Of a stretch of 64,000 bases of DNA, positions 26,145 through 39,349 are shown piece after piece. How positions within the stretch are numbered: the stretch's first letter is position 1; each line of letters starts with the position of its first letter. Source of the DNA: Octopus sinensis (taxonomy: Eukaryota); the NCBI RefSeq assembly GCF_006345805.1, contig NC_042997.1, positions 63,550,001 through 63,614,000 on the forward strand, in the 5' to 3' direction. The position numbers were made by a program, and so were the translations under genes. The notes under the pieces are model-generated. The model searched no databases, had not been told where the DNA came from, and was given only the letters and a program-made list of their open reading frames with translations.

Positions 26145-27740
26145 ACAATTGCAGTGTGGAAGATGTTTATAAACTTTTTCGCCACTGTAGATATAAAAAC
26201 AGAGGCAGTGTTGATTGATTACATCAGTGTAAAAGAAGACGATGTAATAAGGGCTATAGAAGAGATGAACTGCAACTCAGCTACTGCCCTGCAGGATTAC
26301 CAGCAATCCTTCTAAAATCATGTCAGAGAGTCCTAGCAAGACCACTTCTGTCTCTCCTCCAGACCTTCCTTGCAAATAGAAAACTTCCAGTATGCTGAAG
26401 GAAGGGAAAATATGTTCCATCTGTAAAGGAGGTAGCAGAGCAGAGGCCCAAAACTACAGACCTATCTCTCTTACCTCACACATTAGTAAAATCATGAAAT
26501 GAATAGTCAGAAGAAAATTAATCACCTTTCTTGAGCAAAATGACTCGCTGACTGACAGCCAACGTGGTTTTCGACCAGAAAGAAGCTGCCTGACACAGCT
26601 CTTCCAGCAATATGATTGAATGTTGAAGCAGCTGCTCAACCACTCAAATGTGGATATAGTATATCTCGACTGTGCAAAGGTTTTTGATAAAATCGATCAT
26701 GGAATGATATATCATAAACTGTGTGATCTCGACATCGTCACGAAATTGGGAAAATGGCTATATGACTTTCTGAAAGATAGAATTCAAGCAGTAGTGGTCA
26801 ATGTGGCCACTTCCTATGATACTCAAATAGTGAGTGGTGTTCCGCAAGGCATTGTTCTAGGACTACTAATATTTATAATGGCCCTCTCAGATATGACCTC
26901 AGCCACACAGAGAGCCACGATCACAAGTTATGCAGAAGAAACAAACGTCTCACGGGTGATAGAGAACCCTGAAGTCGCTATGCACCTGCAATGTGAGTTA
27001 GAGGAAATATACAAGTGGGTTAAGAAGAATAGCATGCAGTTAACTGCTGAAAAGTTTCAAGCCCTATGCTATCATTACGCAAAACAAAATGTAATACCCA
27101 TTAAATACACTGGACCAATTCCAGAGACACAGTCAGTGCGTGACCTTGGCATTTACGTGTGTAAGGAAGCATCATTCTTTGAACATGTTGCTAAGTTGGC
27201 AATGAAATGTAGGTGGCTGGCTGGCTGGATCCTTAGAGCTTTTAAATAGAGAGATCAAGAAAGCATGATGGTCCTCTGGAGGACATTTGTCCTAGGCCGC
27301 TTTAACTTTTGCTCCTAGATATGGTTACCAACCAGTGTAAGATTAATTACAGAACTTGAGGCAATCCAACGTATCTAGACGAAGATAGCCTCCATGCAGC
27401 ATATAAGCTACTGAGGAAGACTCAAGAGATTGAGACTCAATCCTCTGCAGAGTAGGCGGGAGAGATGTGCTGCAATATACATCTGGGAGATCTTGGAGGA
27501 ACTTTTCACAAACTTGTGAATTGTTAGTTACTCTAACTGTAGAACATGGCTCCACCGCACAGTGCCAAAAACTCCAACTTTGCCATCAAAATATAGGACC
27601 AGATATTGCAATAGCCTGGCATTTAAAGTGTCACAGCTCTTCAATATCATCCTGAAGGAGCTGAGAGACCTATATAAGGTGGATAGGGATGTCTTCAAGA
27701 TAAAGCTAGTTATCTTACTGTCAAGTGTCTCAGATGAATC
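26145..27740 (+). mobile_element. CR1/L2-group LINE reverse transcriptase relic
   Basis: NYRPISLTSHISKIM, QRGFRPERSCLTQL, VDIVYLDCAKVFDKIDH, SGVPQGIVLGLLIF, YAEET (from YADDT) and VRDLGI, with stops and frameshifts. Confidence 0.9.
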
Positions 27741-28010
27741 AAATATATTATATTATTTCGTTGATATCGCGATTGGTTTCAGCTGCTTTACGTCCTTTTC
27801 GAAGTAAATAGCAAAATTTCTCGAATATCGCGCTGTGACTTCCATTCCAGATAATTGCAACAACGGTGAAATAAATACCAATGCTAATTTATCGGTGCAT
27901 TTATGGAAGTCTATGTTTGTAATTCGAAACACTGCAAATACCGGTACGCATCTTTTATAGTTTGAAATATTGCTTACATTTTACTCAATCTAATATATAT
28001 ATATATATAT

Positions 28011-28635
28011 ATTAGAAATATATCTAAATGTCTCAACGAGACATGAGCGGTGGTGGAGCGATAGATTGGTTGTATAAAGTCAACATAACGTGACAGTCCC
28101 GTAGAGGGAATTACACCACCGCTATATAGCCCTAGGAAACATCGGCGCTTCCTGTCGGATTGACACATTTCCTGTGTCCTTATGTTTGCAAAGAGGAGGC
28201 AAGCACCCCCACCAGCTAGAACTAGCAACCTGGAGACATGCATGTTTCTGGGTCTTGCCCGTCGTCAGTCCAGGATAGCGTGTCCTCGCTAGCGGTGATT
28301 CTTACCAAGCCTTCGCAAATATATCTATTTACAGTGAAATTCATTCACTGGTCACCGTAATTAGAAATATTGAATTTCTAAATGTTTCAACGAGACATGA
28401 GCGGTCACCGCTAGCAAGGACACGCTACCCTGGACTGACGACGGACAAGACCCAGAAACATGCATGCTTCTAGGTTGCTAGTTCTAGCTGGTGGGGGTGC
28501 TTGCCTCCTCTTTGCAAATATAAGGACACAGGAAATGTGTCAAAGCCGACAGGAAACCTCGATGCTTCCTAGGGCTAAATAGCGGTGATGTAATTCCCTC
28601 TACGGGACTGTCACGTTATGTTGACTTTATACAAC

Positions 28636-28636
<1 letters not shown>
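28011..28636. mobile_element. Penelope-like non-autonomous element with inverted pLTR-like arms
   Basis: ~230-bp inverted arms at 28068-28298 and 28405-28636, a short direct repeat at 28011 and 28360, and a hammerhead motif in each arm. It is embedded in (TA)n/(CT)n. Confidence 0.75.
28229..28274 (-). ncRNA. Minimal hammerhead ribozyme motif
   Basis: CCUGGA-CUGACGA-C-GGG caaga CCC-A-GAAA-CAUGCAUG-UC-UCCAGG: 6-bp stem I, intact core, palindromic helix III and a GUC site. Confidence 0.8.
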
Positions 28637-28702
<66 letters not shown>

Positions 28703-28855
28703 TATATATATAATACAGTGTATATTTAAACACGTGAGGAATCCACTCGTGGGATTCAATACGCTAGCAAGAACAACTCGGTTCCATAACCACAAAATTA
28801 GAGACAAAATTCGACAGGAACGAAATGAAAAAATAAAAACATTTTACCATCTAGT

Positions 28856-28937
28856 TTCCTGGACCAATTGCTTTCTGATTTTAGTTTAGCAAGTAAAATA
28901 ACATATACTCGCTAGGTGAAATCGTCCTCAGCAGGAA
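28856..28937 (-). ncRNA. Minimal hammerhead motif with long stem II
   Basis: UUCCUG-CUGAGGA-[GAUUU..UAGCGAGUA/UACUUGCUA..AAAUC]-A-GAAA-GCAAUUGG-UC-CAGGAA; helix III is one change from a palindrome. Confidence 0.65.
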
Positions 28938-29555
28938 CACCCTGGGTAAAATAAATAAACACGAGGCGAATTATGTGTCTCTTGTTTATACAGTTTTCAT
29001 TTCGTTCCTGTCGAATTTTATCCCTAATTGTATAATAATAGGTATTTTGTATAATATTGCCTAATAATTTTGCTATGATGATTCTAATATATTCTTTATT
29101 CTTGTAAAAAAATATCTGTATATATATATACGATCTTGTAGTGACCATAAATTAGAAATCGGTAGCTAAATATAAGACAGAAGAACGATGCAAAAACGAA
29201 ATGTAACGGCGAATTGTGAAAATAATTGAAGCGCTTTTATAATCCAAAATTTCAATATTCGTTGACAGAACAACGTAACAGAGATCGTGGACACGGAACA
29301 ATCGGTCCATGTGTCGCAGAATTTTCCATCTTTCTCTCTGCCTCCCTCTGCCTACATATATGAATGTATATATCGATATGTTTATATGTTTAGATCTCTC
29401 TCTCTTTATATTGCCTAATATATATATATATATATATTGTTATATTTCGGAATGGTCATTTTGCCAGTTTAGCCAATAAAAACACACGCACTATATATTT
29501 GGTGTTACTTTGCTTCAGTGTTATTTATTTTTTACATTAATCTTAATCTTATTTC

Positions 29556-29599
29556 GGCCAGAGTTCTTTCGTCACACTCCTGTGACCGCATCAGTGGTC
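29556..29599 (-). ncRNA. Degenerate hammerhead-like motif
   Basis: GACCA-CUGAUGC-G-GUCAC aggagu GUGAC-GAAA-GAAC-UC-UGGCC; A9 is altered. Confidence 0.45.
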
Positions 29600-29641
29600 C
29601 TTTGTTTTCTTCTCACTTATTTGTGTCTCTCCTTACTAACC

Positions 29642-29696
<55 letters not shown>

Positions 29697-30094
29697 GGCT
29701 CTCTCTCTCTTTATATATATAGACACACACATACACACACATATGTATAATTAAATACCATCGCTCTCATATTTACTTATAAATAATTTCACCTATTTCG
29801 TTTCTTTAAATGATGTTGGAGCACTTCAAATGAATTCTCACTCATGGTAGGGGAAAATTTTAGTAGTCGTCCATGGCAGATTTGACTGAAGTGTATCAGG
29901 CACAATTCGAAGCTAAATTCGAAATCATGACATCTAATTAACCTGCATTTCTCTCGCAGACTTGGCGGAGATAGGACTGTATTGTTGTTCATTGAATTGT
30001 TTTGTATCATGCCTGCATTAATTTTGTGATTCTTCCATGGCATAGAATATTTTGACTTCCATTTCTAGTGGTGCAGGTGCTCATATAATTCTCT

Positions 30095-30245
30095 TGTATG
30101 TATGTATGTATGTATGTATGTATGTATGTATGTATGTATGTATGTATGTATGTACGTATGTACGTATGTATGTATGTATGTATGTATGTATGTATGTATG
30201 TATGTATGTATGAATGTATGTATGTATGCATGTATGTATGTATGT
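30095..30245. repeat. (TATG)n microsatellite
   Basis: Seen directly in the sequence. Confidence 0.95.
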
Positions 30246-30788
30246 ATATATATATATATGTACGTATATATATATTATATATGTAAATATATCTGTATAT
30301 ATAGAAACAGCTATATATATATATAGAGAGAGAGAGAGGGAGAAAGAGAGAGAGAGAGGTGTACAAAGAGAGAGAGATACAAATACGAAGAGAGAGGGGG
30401 GAGGGGCGAGAGGTGGGACAGAGATAATGTTTGCGTGTTTCTGTGTCAGAGTCTGACTGAGAGTGAACTAGACGTACATACTGATATAATTCATACGTCA
30501 CATTCCAGTGGACATTATATTTATTTCTCTAGTGTCTACATGAAAATGATTCTTTGGCACGAGGGAAACACTAATTTGTCACGTTGAACGCCATCGTTAA
30601 TGGTACATAGGTGAATAGTTTGCTAATTTGGAGAAGTGCCAATCCTTATTAAGGAAATTAAGAAACAAAATAACCCTCAAATAATGAATAAGCAAAAATA
30701 CATTAAACAGAAAAATTATATATAAATAAATAACCCATTCTCTGCAAACTAAAAGTTACGTGTGTCGATGTGTATATGCATCGATGTA

Positions 30789-30835
<47 letters not shown>

Positions 30836-31897
30836 TTCAATAAAATAAAGCAGTAATCATGATCTATGGACGCGGATGTGTCTCTTGAGACGTGCTGGTG
30901 TTTTGTAAACATTTTGCGAAGTGGAACAAGTTGTGGACTCAGTTTGATGGAGTGCGTCTGAATGAATCATTTACTGCGTGTTTTGTTGAGAGGACTGGAA
31001 GGCCTGTTTTGTTCCGTTCCTCTAAATCGCAATGATATGTAAGGTTTTCATTTAGAGGAGCAGCGTTTTGTCAACGTGCCTTCATGCGTGCACGTAGTTG
31101 GTACAGATGATGGAGTCGACTTTCCAATTCTTTGAACTGAGATGGTGTAGAACTGGAACCAGGTCTTGCGTGCCTATATATTTTTTCGATGATGAAAAGG
31201 AATGCTGCATCGCTTCAGTTTTCTTTTATGTTGCTTTTGAAGCGGAAGTGTGTCCTTCCAACTAAACATCTGTTGGAAATTGGCCAAAGAGACGTTGATT
31301 TCCTCATCGATACAGTATTTTAGAATATTTTAGTATATCTTGCCCAGCACGAAATTATAAAAGCAAAAGCGGGGCACGTCGAGTTCGAATTCTGCACGAA
31401 ATAGGTGCTTGTAATAACAAAAAAAAATCACTATCAATGCCATTGTACGATATGTATGTGAGCATGTCCATACATATACACTGAATTACTTAATTTGCCA
31501 TATATATAAGTAAAAATAATAGAAAATTACGGATCAATACGCGGTACATGTATGTTTTGATAGAAAAACACTATCATTGATTACACGTCAATATCCTCAG
31601 ACAAACCACGTGTGTGTGTGTGTGTTTCTGTATGTGTGTGTTTGTGTGCGTGTGTATGCATATAAACTGGCTTATTTAATTTGCTACCTGAATTATACTG
31701 ATTTTACTATATTTCTTTAGCATACAATGGAACTGATACTGACTTCTTTTTTTTATTATAATCGCATATTTCATGCGAAAATCGTTTTTGCTTCCTGTCA
31801 CTTCAGGATCCGTAAAATATTACTACAATATATATATATATCACGTGATCCCGTGACCGACCAGGCTATCAGATGTTGCTACACATCGCTGGTCACA

Positions 31898-32049
31898 ATT
31901 AAGATCCACAGGTGCACATATGTAAGTCCGAGTTCAAGTTTATAATTTTCTTGTGACATAAATACACTATTACTTTCAGTGTATTTATGTCACAAGGAAA
32001 ATTATAAACTTGAACTCGGACCTACATATGTGCACCTGTGGATCTTAAT
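31898..32049. repeat. Fold-back inverted repeat (71/72-bp arms, 9-nt loop)
   Basis: The arms differ by one substitution and one indel. Confidence 0.95.
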
Positions 32050-32562
32050 GTAGTGTAAACAGAATGCTGGTACTTCATATTTCGTATGTATATGCGGATG
32101 TCTAACACTTTGCATGGTATTGTAGTACTATTGTGACTATATTGCTAATAATGGAATCTATGTATTGTTTTTCTAGTATTAGCGTTATTAATAATAATAT
32201 GAATGATGATATTGGTAGCATTAGTGGTAATGACAATGATAATGATGCTAACATTAAGGACATTTTGGAAATTAATAAGAATTAATATAATGTACTCTTG
32301 ACTCTGTATATCTGCATTTAGGTATTAATATGTGTATGTTTTTCTACATTGTGATTATCACGATATTAAGTTGAAAAACTGTAACATTGAATGTGGAACA
32401 TATGTATGTTTATTAATTTATATTATTTATATCATTATGTATATGTATATTTATATGAATAGGAGTATGAGTATATACACTCATATATATATGTATATGT
32501 TTTATTATGGGTATGTACCCACACCTATATAAGTATGTATGCAATCTGATTTGTATCACGTA

Positions 32563-32689
32563 ATCTCCGAAGAGGCCTTAGGATATTTTTGTAAATGTCT
32601 CATTTATAACTACATATTGACCTACCATAAATGGATAATATAAGTAAAATGAGACATACTTATCTACATGGCCGCAACAGCTGTAAGAT
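32563..32689 (+). ncRNA. Degenerate hammerhead motif with ~100-nt stem II
   Basis: AUCU-CCGAAGA-GGCC...(AUGUCUCAUUU/AAAUGAGACAU)...GGCC-GCAA-CAGCUG-UA-AGAU; two core substitutions and a palindromic helix III. Confidence 0.55.
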
Positions 32690-32982
32690 GTAGTCTATAT
32701 TAATATTTACGTGTACTTATATTTATTTTCTCTTATACATATTCTACTTATTGTATAACATTACGCTCTTTATGTACACTCCTTTATGTACACTGTTTTG
32801 CCCTACATTATTATGTTTAACCTTATAGTTTCTTATGTGGTGGTTTAATAAAGTATGTGATTGAGTATTATCTGGTAATTGATATTTGATTTCGATGTAT
32901 TTTTCCATTTTCTTATTTTGTATATATATATATATAAGACTATTTTGCAATTTAGTGCTGATTAAAAACAAATTAAACTATT

Positions 32983-33049
<67 letters not shown>

Positions 33050-33772
33050 CTCGCCCCTGTGCACCTCCTTCACTGATTTCTCTCTAGTTCTGTTGCAGTA
33101 ATGAGAAACTTAATAATTATTGATAAATTTAATTACGTAATAAAACTTGTGAAAGTAAGTAATGAAAATAGAACAGAAAATCCAGAGGAGAAAATTGAAA
33201 GTTGCTGAGGAGTGCTAATGAATCATTAATTGCATGATGAGTTGATATTCTGTTGAAAACATGTTTACAAGGACATGTTTTAAATAGATATTTTCTGTTT
33301 TCTGTTCATCTCTGCTGCATTAATTCTACTGTTTTTTTCCTTGAGCCTTTTTAGCTCTCCTTCACTCTCTCTATATGTAGGATTATGTTTATTCTTTCGA
33401 GGGATGTTCGAGTCTAATTTGGCGAGTTATACTCACCTATTTTCAGGAGTCATTTGGCATTGGCTTTAGATAACCGTTTAACGGTTATGCCCTGAACTCA
33501 GCCGTTCCTTAAGCAACCACTTGTGGAACTTATTCTGGTTAGCATTGATAAAGTGCAACCGTTATTGAAAATATGCTACCGTTTTATATTCCACTTACTT
33601 CCAGGCATCATATATTTAGTTTTAAGTGCCTATCATTCTTTTTCTAAACTTACAGGGTCTGACTTGATCGAAATGTTGTTCTTATTTGTAGCAGATGAAG
33701 AGATGGACAAAAGCTTACTTGCTGGATCGTAAGGTAACGATATCACCTAAGGCCCCTGCTTTGCGAATAGAT

Positions 33773-34004
33773 GGCGGCGAGCTGGGAGAAAAGTTAGCAC
33801 GCCGGGCGAAATGCATAGCCGTGTTTCGTCTGCCGTTACGTTCTGAATTCAAATTCAGCCGAGGTCGACTTTACCATTCATTCTTTCAGGGTCGATAAAT
33901 TAAGTACAAGTTACGCACTGGGATCGATTTAATCGACTTAATCCGTTTCTATGTCCTTGTTTGTCCCCTCTGTGTTTAGCCCCTTGTGGGTAGTAAAGAA
34001 ATAG
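33773..34004 (+). mobile_element. Full-length tRNA-derived SINE, Meta-like domain
   Basis: GGCGGCGAGCTGG head, ATTCAAATTC B-box variant, central GGTCGACTTTACCATTCATTCTTTCAGGGTCGATAAATTAAGTAC, tail ...GTAAAGAAATAG; possible TSD AATAGAT. Confidence 0.85.
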
Positions 34005-34052
34005 ATTTGTTTTCCACGAATAGTGTCAAGTACATAGACTCACACACATACT

Positions 34053-34100
<48 letters not shown>

Positions 34101-34431
34101 GAGGGAATATTATTCCAAACTTACAGGGAAAAGTTCAATTTAGAATACTAAATCAAATTTCACAAAATATAATATAATATAATATATATATATATAGTAT
34201 ATATATATATATAATATATATATATATGTCTGTGTGTGTTGTTCAAACGATGAATAACTTTGCGTAAAGCATTGGTTCGTTATGTACTCTTACTTTATTA
34301 TCATCTTATAATCATCTCATAATAATGAATTTTATGACTCGTATTACTACTTCAGTCAATCGAAAAGTATATATTTGCTGTTACCTGTCATAAATAGCCT
34401 TTTTCTATTTGCAATATGCATTTACGTTATT

Positions 34432-34745
<314 letters not shown>

Positions 34746-34759
34746 ATATATATATAATA

Positions 34760-34800
<41 letters not shown>

Positions 34801-34806
<6 letters not shown>

Positions 34807-35137
34807 CGCTTACCTCTTGTCAGTTTTGTCCCAAGCGGGTGAATATTATTGCATATGAATGTGTGTGTATGTGTGCCCGTGTGTGTGTGCGTGCAGGAAA
34901 ATAATATTTTTAAAATTTAATATTATAAATAATGTATCAGAACCTAGAAGAACAAGGAGATCATTGCACACACCGGATAGAATAATGCTTTCCAAACACA
35001 CATGGTATAATATAATCACTTAGGCGTTGACTATTTTATTTCGTAGGGATTGTTATCATTTAGGGTTTGTCTTGAATCGGGAATCTTTACAAAATACCCT
35101 CATTTTCTCTTTCACTGATGATACCCATTCCAAAACA

Positions 35138-35183
<46 letters not shown>

Positions 35184-35204
35184 AGAATTATAGAACAATC
35201 AGTC

Positions 35205-35299
<95 letters not shown>

Positions 35300-35950
35300 A
35301 TATATAATTTATATATATATATATATTATATATATAATATATATATATATATAATATATATATATATGTGTGTATGTATTTATATACATCCATAAATGTG
35401 TGTGCGTGCTGTGCACGTGTGTCGTGTGTACTCTCCTACACTACCCTTACAGTATAGCAAGATTTGTTGCCATTTCACCTCATAATTGTATATACCGTTT
35501 CCCGACGTTGACATCATATTCAGCGTAGTCTTAAAAAATGGACGGACAAAAGCTGAGACAAAAACTAGACAGCCGAAACCTAATGAACAGAAAATGTATT
35601 CGTGCTCTGCAGAAAAAAGTTTGGTATGTTTCCATTAAAATTTATGATTTAAGAGATACGTCGGAATTCATATCTGATTATGTAAATTTTTATCAACTGC
35701 AACAACCTATCGTTACAAACACGTTGAAAGGCTCTTTTAAAGTCTATGAAGCTGTGATAGACGTCGGATCGGTTTTGCAGATGATTGGGAAATATCTTAA
35801 ATATCTGCTCCACTATAGTACTTGGGGCCTAAATCCTGCCTGCTCTTCTGTAAGGGTTTCTACTTTCGACTTAAATCTTGGCAGTACTTTGATGGGATGG
35901 CTAATTAGACTGATTGTTCTATAATTCTGGCATATATATATATATAATAT

Positions 35951-35981
<31 letters not shown>

Positions 35982-36320
35982 GCCTGTTTTGGAATGGGTA
36001 TCATCAGTGAAAGAGAAAATGAGGGTATTTTGTAAAGATTCCCGATTCAAGACAAACCCTAAATGATAACAATCCCTACGAAATAAAATAGTCAACGCCT
36101 AAGTGATTATATTATACCATGTGTGTTTGGAAAGCATTATTCTATCCGGTGTGTGCAATGATCTCCTTGTTCTTCTAGGTTCTGATACATTATTTATAAT
36201 ATTAAATTTTAAAATATTATTTTCCTGCACGCACACACACACGGGCACACATACACACACATTCATATGCAATAATATTCACGCGCTTGGGACAAAACTG
36301 ACAAGAGGTAAGCGGAGATA
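34801..36320. repeat. Inverted duplication with ~400-bp arms (34801-35206 and 35906-36320)
   Basis: The arms are near-identical reverse complements, including an internal (TA)n, around a ~700-bp spacer. Confidence 0.95.
35813..36010 (-). mobile_element. RTE-clade RT fragment split by (TA)n
   Basis: SLMIPIPK-[TA][18 protein letters not shown]...TEEQAGFRP. Confidence 0.75.
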
Positions 36321-36648
36321 AAAGGAAATCAGAAATTGGATGTTTTTATCTGCAGTTTATGTTGAATTGCTTTCCCTCCAATTAAATCTGTGAATGATTT
36401 TCATTTTGTTTACATTTAATTAAATAATCATAAACGTCAAAACATACGCTCAATGTGTGACAGAGAAGCATAATAAAATGTCCACAGATTTGTTAGGTAA
36501 AACTTAATACATTATTTTGATCAACTACTGAATACTATTCGCCTACACTTAAAATGACCAGCAACTATAAAATGTGATATCGGTATAGAAATATGTCTTA
36601 CTGCAAAAACTTCAAATCTTGTAGCCAAGACTAAAATCTATTTCTTAA

Positions 36649-36874
36649 TCTATTTCTTTATTACCCACAAGGGGCTAAACATAGAGGGGACAAACGAGGC
36701 CAGACTTACGCATTATTTCGATTACATCGACCGCAGTGCGTACCTGGTACTTATTTAATGGACCCCGAAAGGATGAAAGGCAAAGTCGACCTCGGCGGAA
36801 TTTGAACTCAGAACGTAGCGGCAGACGATATACTGCTAAGCATTTCGTCCGGCGTGCTAACGATTCTGCCAGCT
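36649..36874 (-). mobile_element. tRNA-derived SINE, Meta-like
   Basis: Reverse complement of the 33773 family. Confidence 0.85.
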
Positions 36875-37324
36875 TTTAACCATATTTGAAAGATACCAAA
36901 ACTATCTTAACGAATTTCTCTCGGTTCAATGAGAATTTAATAAGGCAGTGAATGATGATCAGATCCTTGGGATTTAAGTTGTTCGGTCATGTTTTAGAAT
37001 ATCCCTTACTGAAAAGTAAATAACAATAAATAAATCATTTGATAAAGCATGCTGAGGAAAAGAGAACGTTGCGTGTTGGGAATGCAAGTATTAAAAGCCA
37101 TTCAGTAATTGAATGTTTTGAATGTGTGAGCGTGAACGCTTGTGTGTACGCTTGTATGTGTGTGTGCTTACGTACATATATACATACATACATACATACA
37201 TACATACATGCATACATATACATATATATACATATATATATATATATATGTATATATGTATATATATGTATATATATGTATATATAAATACCCATGGTAT
37301 AAACACATGTACACAATAGTGAAT

Positions 37325-37493
37325 ATACATTATATATATTTGACGGATATTTGTCCTCATCTTCAAACTTTAATACAACGTTTTGGCTGATATGCCCTCC
37401 AGCCTTCATCAGGTGTCTTGGGGAAATTTCGAACCTGGGTTCTCATTCCTAAGGTATTTTTCGATGTAGTTGTTGTTATTATTATTATTATTA

Positions 37494-37534
<41 letters not shown>

Positions 37535-37790
37535 TTATTATTATTCTTATTATTCTTATTATTATTATCATCATCATTATTATTATTATTTAGGTCACTG
37601 CCTGGAATCGAACTCGGAATCTTGGTGTTAGTAGCCGGCGCTCTTAACCACTACGCCATATGCCCAATGAAGACTGGAGGGTATATCAGACGAAATGTTG
37701 TGTCAACAAGATGAGGACATATATCCTTCAAATATATTTAATGTAAATAATGTACATACTTCCTCATCTCTTAAATATAGAACTGTATGA
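37325..37790 (-). mobile_element. Composite of tRNA head, (AAT)n and Penelope-type hammerhead, with a 5' inverted copy
   Basis: Minus 37665-37592 has A box TGGCGTAGTGG and B box GTTCGATTCC, then (AAT)n, then the hammerhead at 37417-37372 (GACAC-CUGAUGA-A-GGCUG..CAGCC-AAAA-CG-UU-GUAUU). An inverted partial copy lies at 37664-37790. Confidence 0.75.
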
Positions 37791-39349
37791 ATATAATAAA
37801 TCTCTGAATGAGGTATAAACAGTAGCTGCACGACAATGTGAAGTATATTTGCCACTTAAATGTGGCTAACCACTAAGGGTCGATACTACTGTAGCTTGTA
37901 GCCCCAGGAGAACCTCTTCTCCAGCTGGCTATTGACACACCTTCTGTGCCGTATCAGTATTTGCAAAGAGAAGCCATCCTTCCCATCGTCGACCTGACGT
38001 GATACGCACGAACCCGAGTATCATCCAAACAACATGGTCAACACAAAAATTGCTCTGATTTGTGCATTCCATACGACTTGACAATTGGTATTGATCTCTT
38101 TTCTGTAAACTGTTGTTTCGGAGAAAGACCCAACAGAATAAGTGCAAAGTTAGAAGAAAAAGTGTTTCGGTCGATTTGTTCGACTAGGTTCTTCAAGAGA
38201 ATGCACGAACACGACTGCAGTCCAATGGCTATAACAAACAAAAGATAATACTGTTAAGTGTTTGTGCCTGTGTTCTTGTGTGTGTATGTACATATGTATA
38301 TAAATGTGTTAGTATGTATATATGTACATATTTAACTATCTATCAATCTATCTATCTATCTATCTATCTGTATTCATATGCATATGTGTGTGTATGTCTG
38401 TATACATGCAAATACTTTCACGTACATTGACACACATACACATAGAGAAACACACACACACAGACTCAGATGCAGGCGCGCGGTACTTCGTATGATGTCA
38501 TGAGTGAATCTTTATAATTTTAATAATTTTATGGGTGTGAACAATGCAATGAAACATATGTACCTTTTATAATTCCCTTACAATACGACGAATTTACTCA
38601 GCACAAACATATGGCTGAAACAATTGTCCCACGTTTATCTTATGTTCAGGCACATATAATCTCTTTAATGCCTACATTAATTCTAACGACAAAGTATAAA
38701 ATATATTCGCGCTATAGGCCTGTGAAAATGGACAGTTTGTTCTCTTTATTGTGATACTAGACTATGCTTGGTGGCAATTTGTATGTTTTTATAAGCAATA
38801 ATGAGAAGAGCAAAGATTAATTTCTCATCGATTCTGCAATAAACTCTTTACTGACAATTTCACTAATATCTCAATTCATCAGGGCTACAAATATCGTGAC
38901 TGCCGCCAAACCGCCAACACTGCAATTAATAGAGCGATTACAAACACAATGATGATGATTATCATCATGACCACTACCACAACCACCATCACCTCAACCA
39001 GCGCAGTACACCAGCTGTAGGACAAACACAGTTCTCACTACCTTCAACTTTCCATCATTACATTTCACAAATATTAGCTTTATAAATATTACAGAGTGTT
39101 ACTATTGCCACAACCATATTGCTTGAAGTATACAAGCCATATCACCACTTTACCCAACAGTTACTAATACCGTTATCATCTTCATCGTCATCATAACCAG
39201 CAGCAGTAGCACCACCACCACTACCACCACCAGACCCACTACCACTATCATCATCATCATCATCGTATCTTCTATAATATCGTTTTAAAAACTTTGGAAC
39301 GGAATCAGTAATTTTGAGGAAGTAATAAGTCGATAACGTCAACTCCAGA

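Noticed and set aside
35112-35140. CTGATGA...AAAAC as a hammerhead
   Set aside because: There is no stem II or GAAA, and it is the RTE coding segment SLMIPIPK.
35538-35630. ATG-initiated frame ending at a GTATGT donor-like site (possible host exon)
   Set aside because: No recognisable homology and no partner exons.
37592-37665. tRNA gene (also the heads at 5725 and 45955)
   Set aside because: A/B boxes are present but there is no proper acceptor stem or terminator, and each continues into a repeat body, so these are SINE heads.
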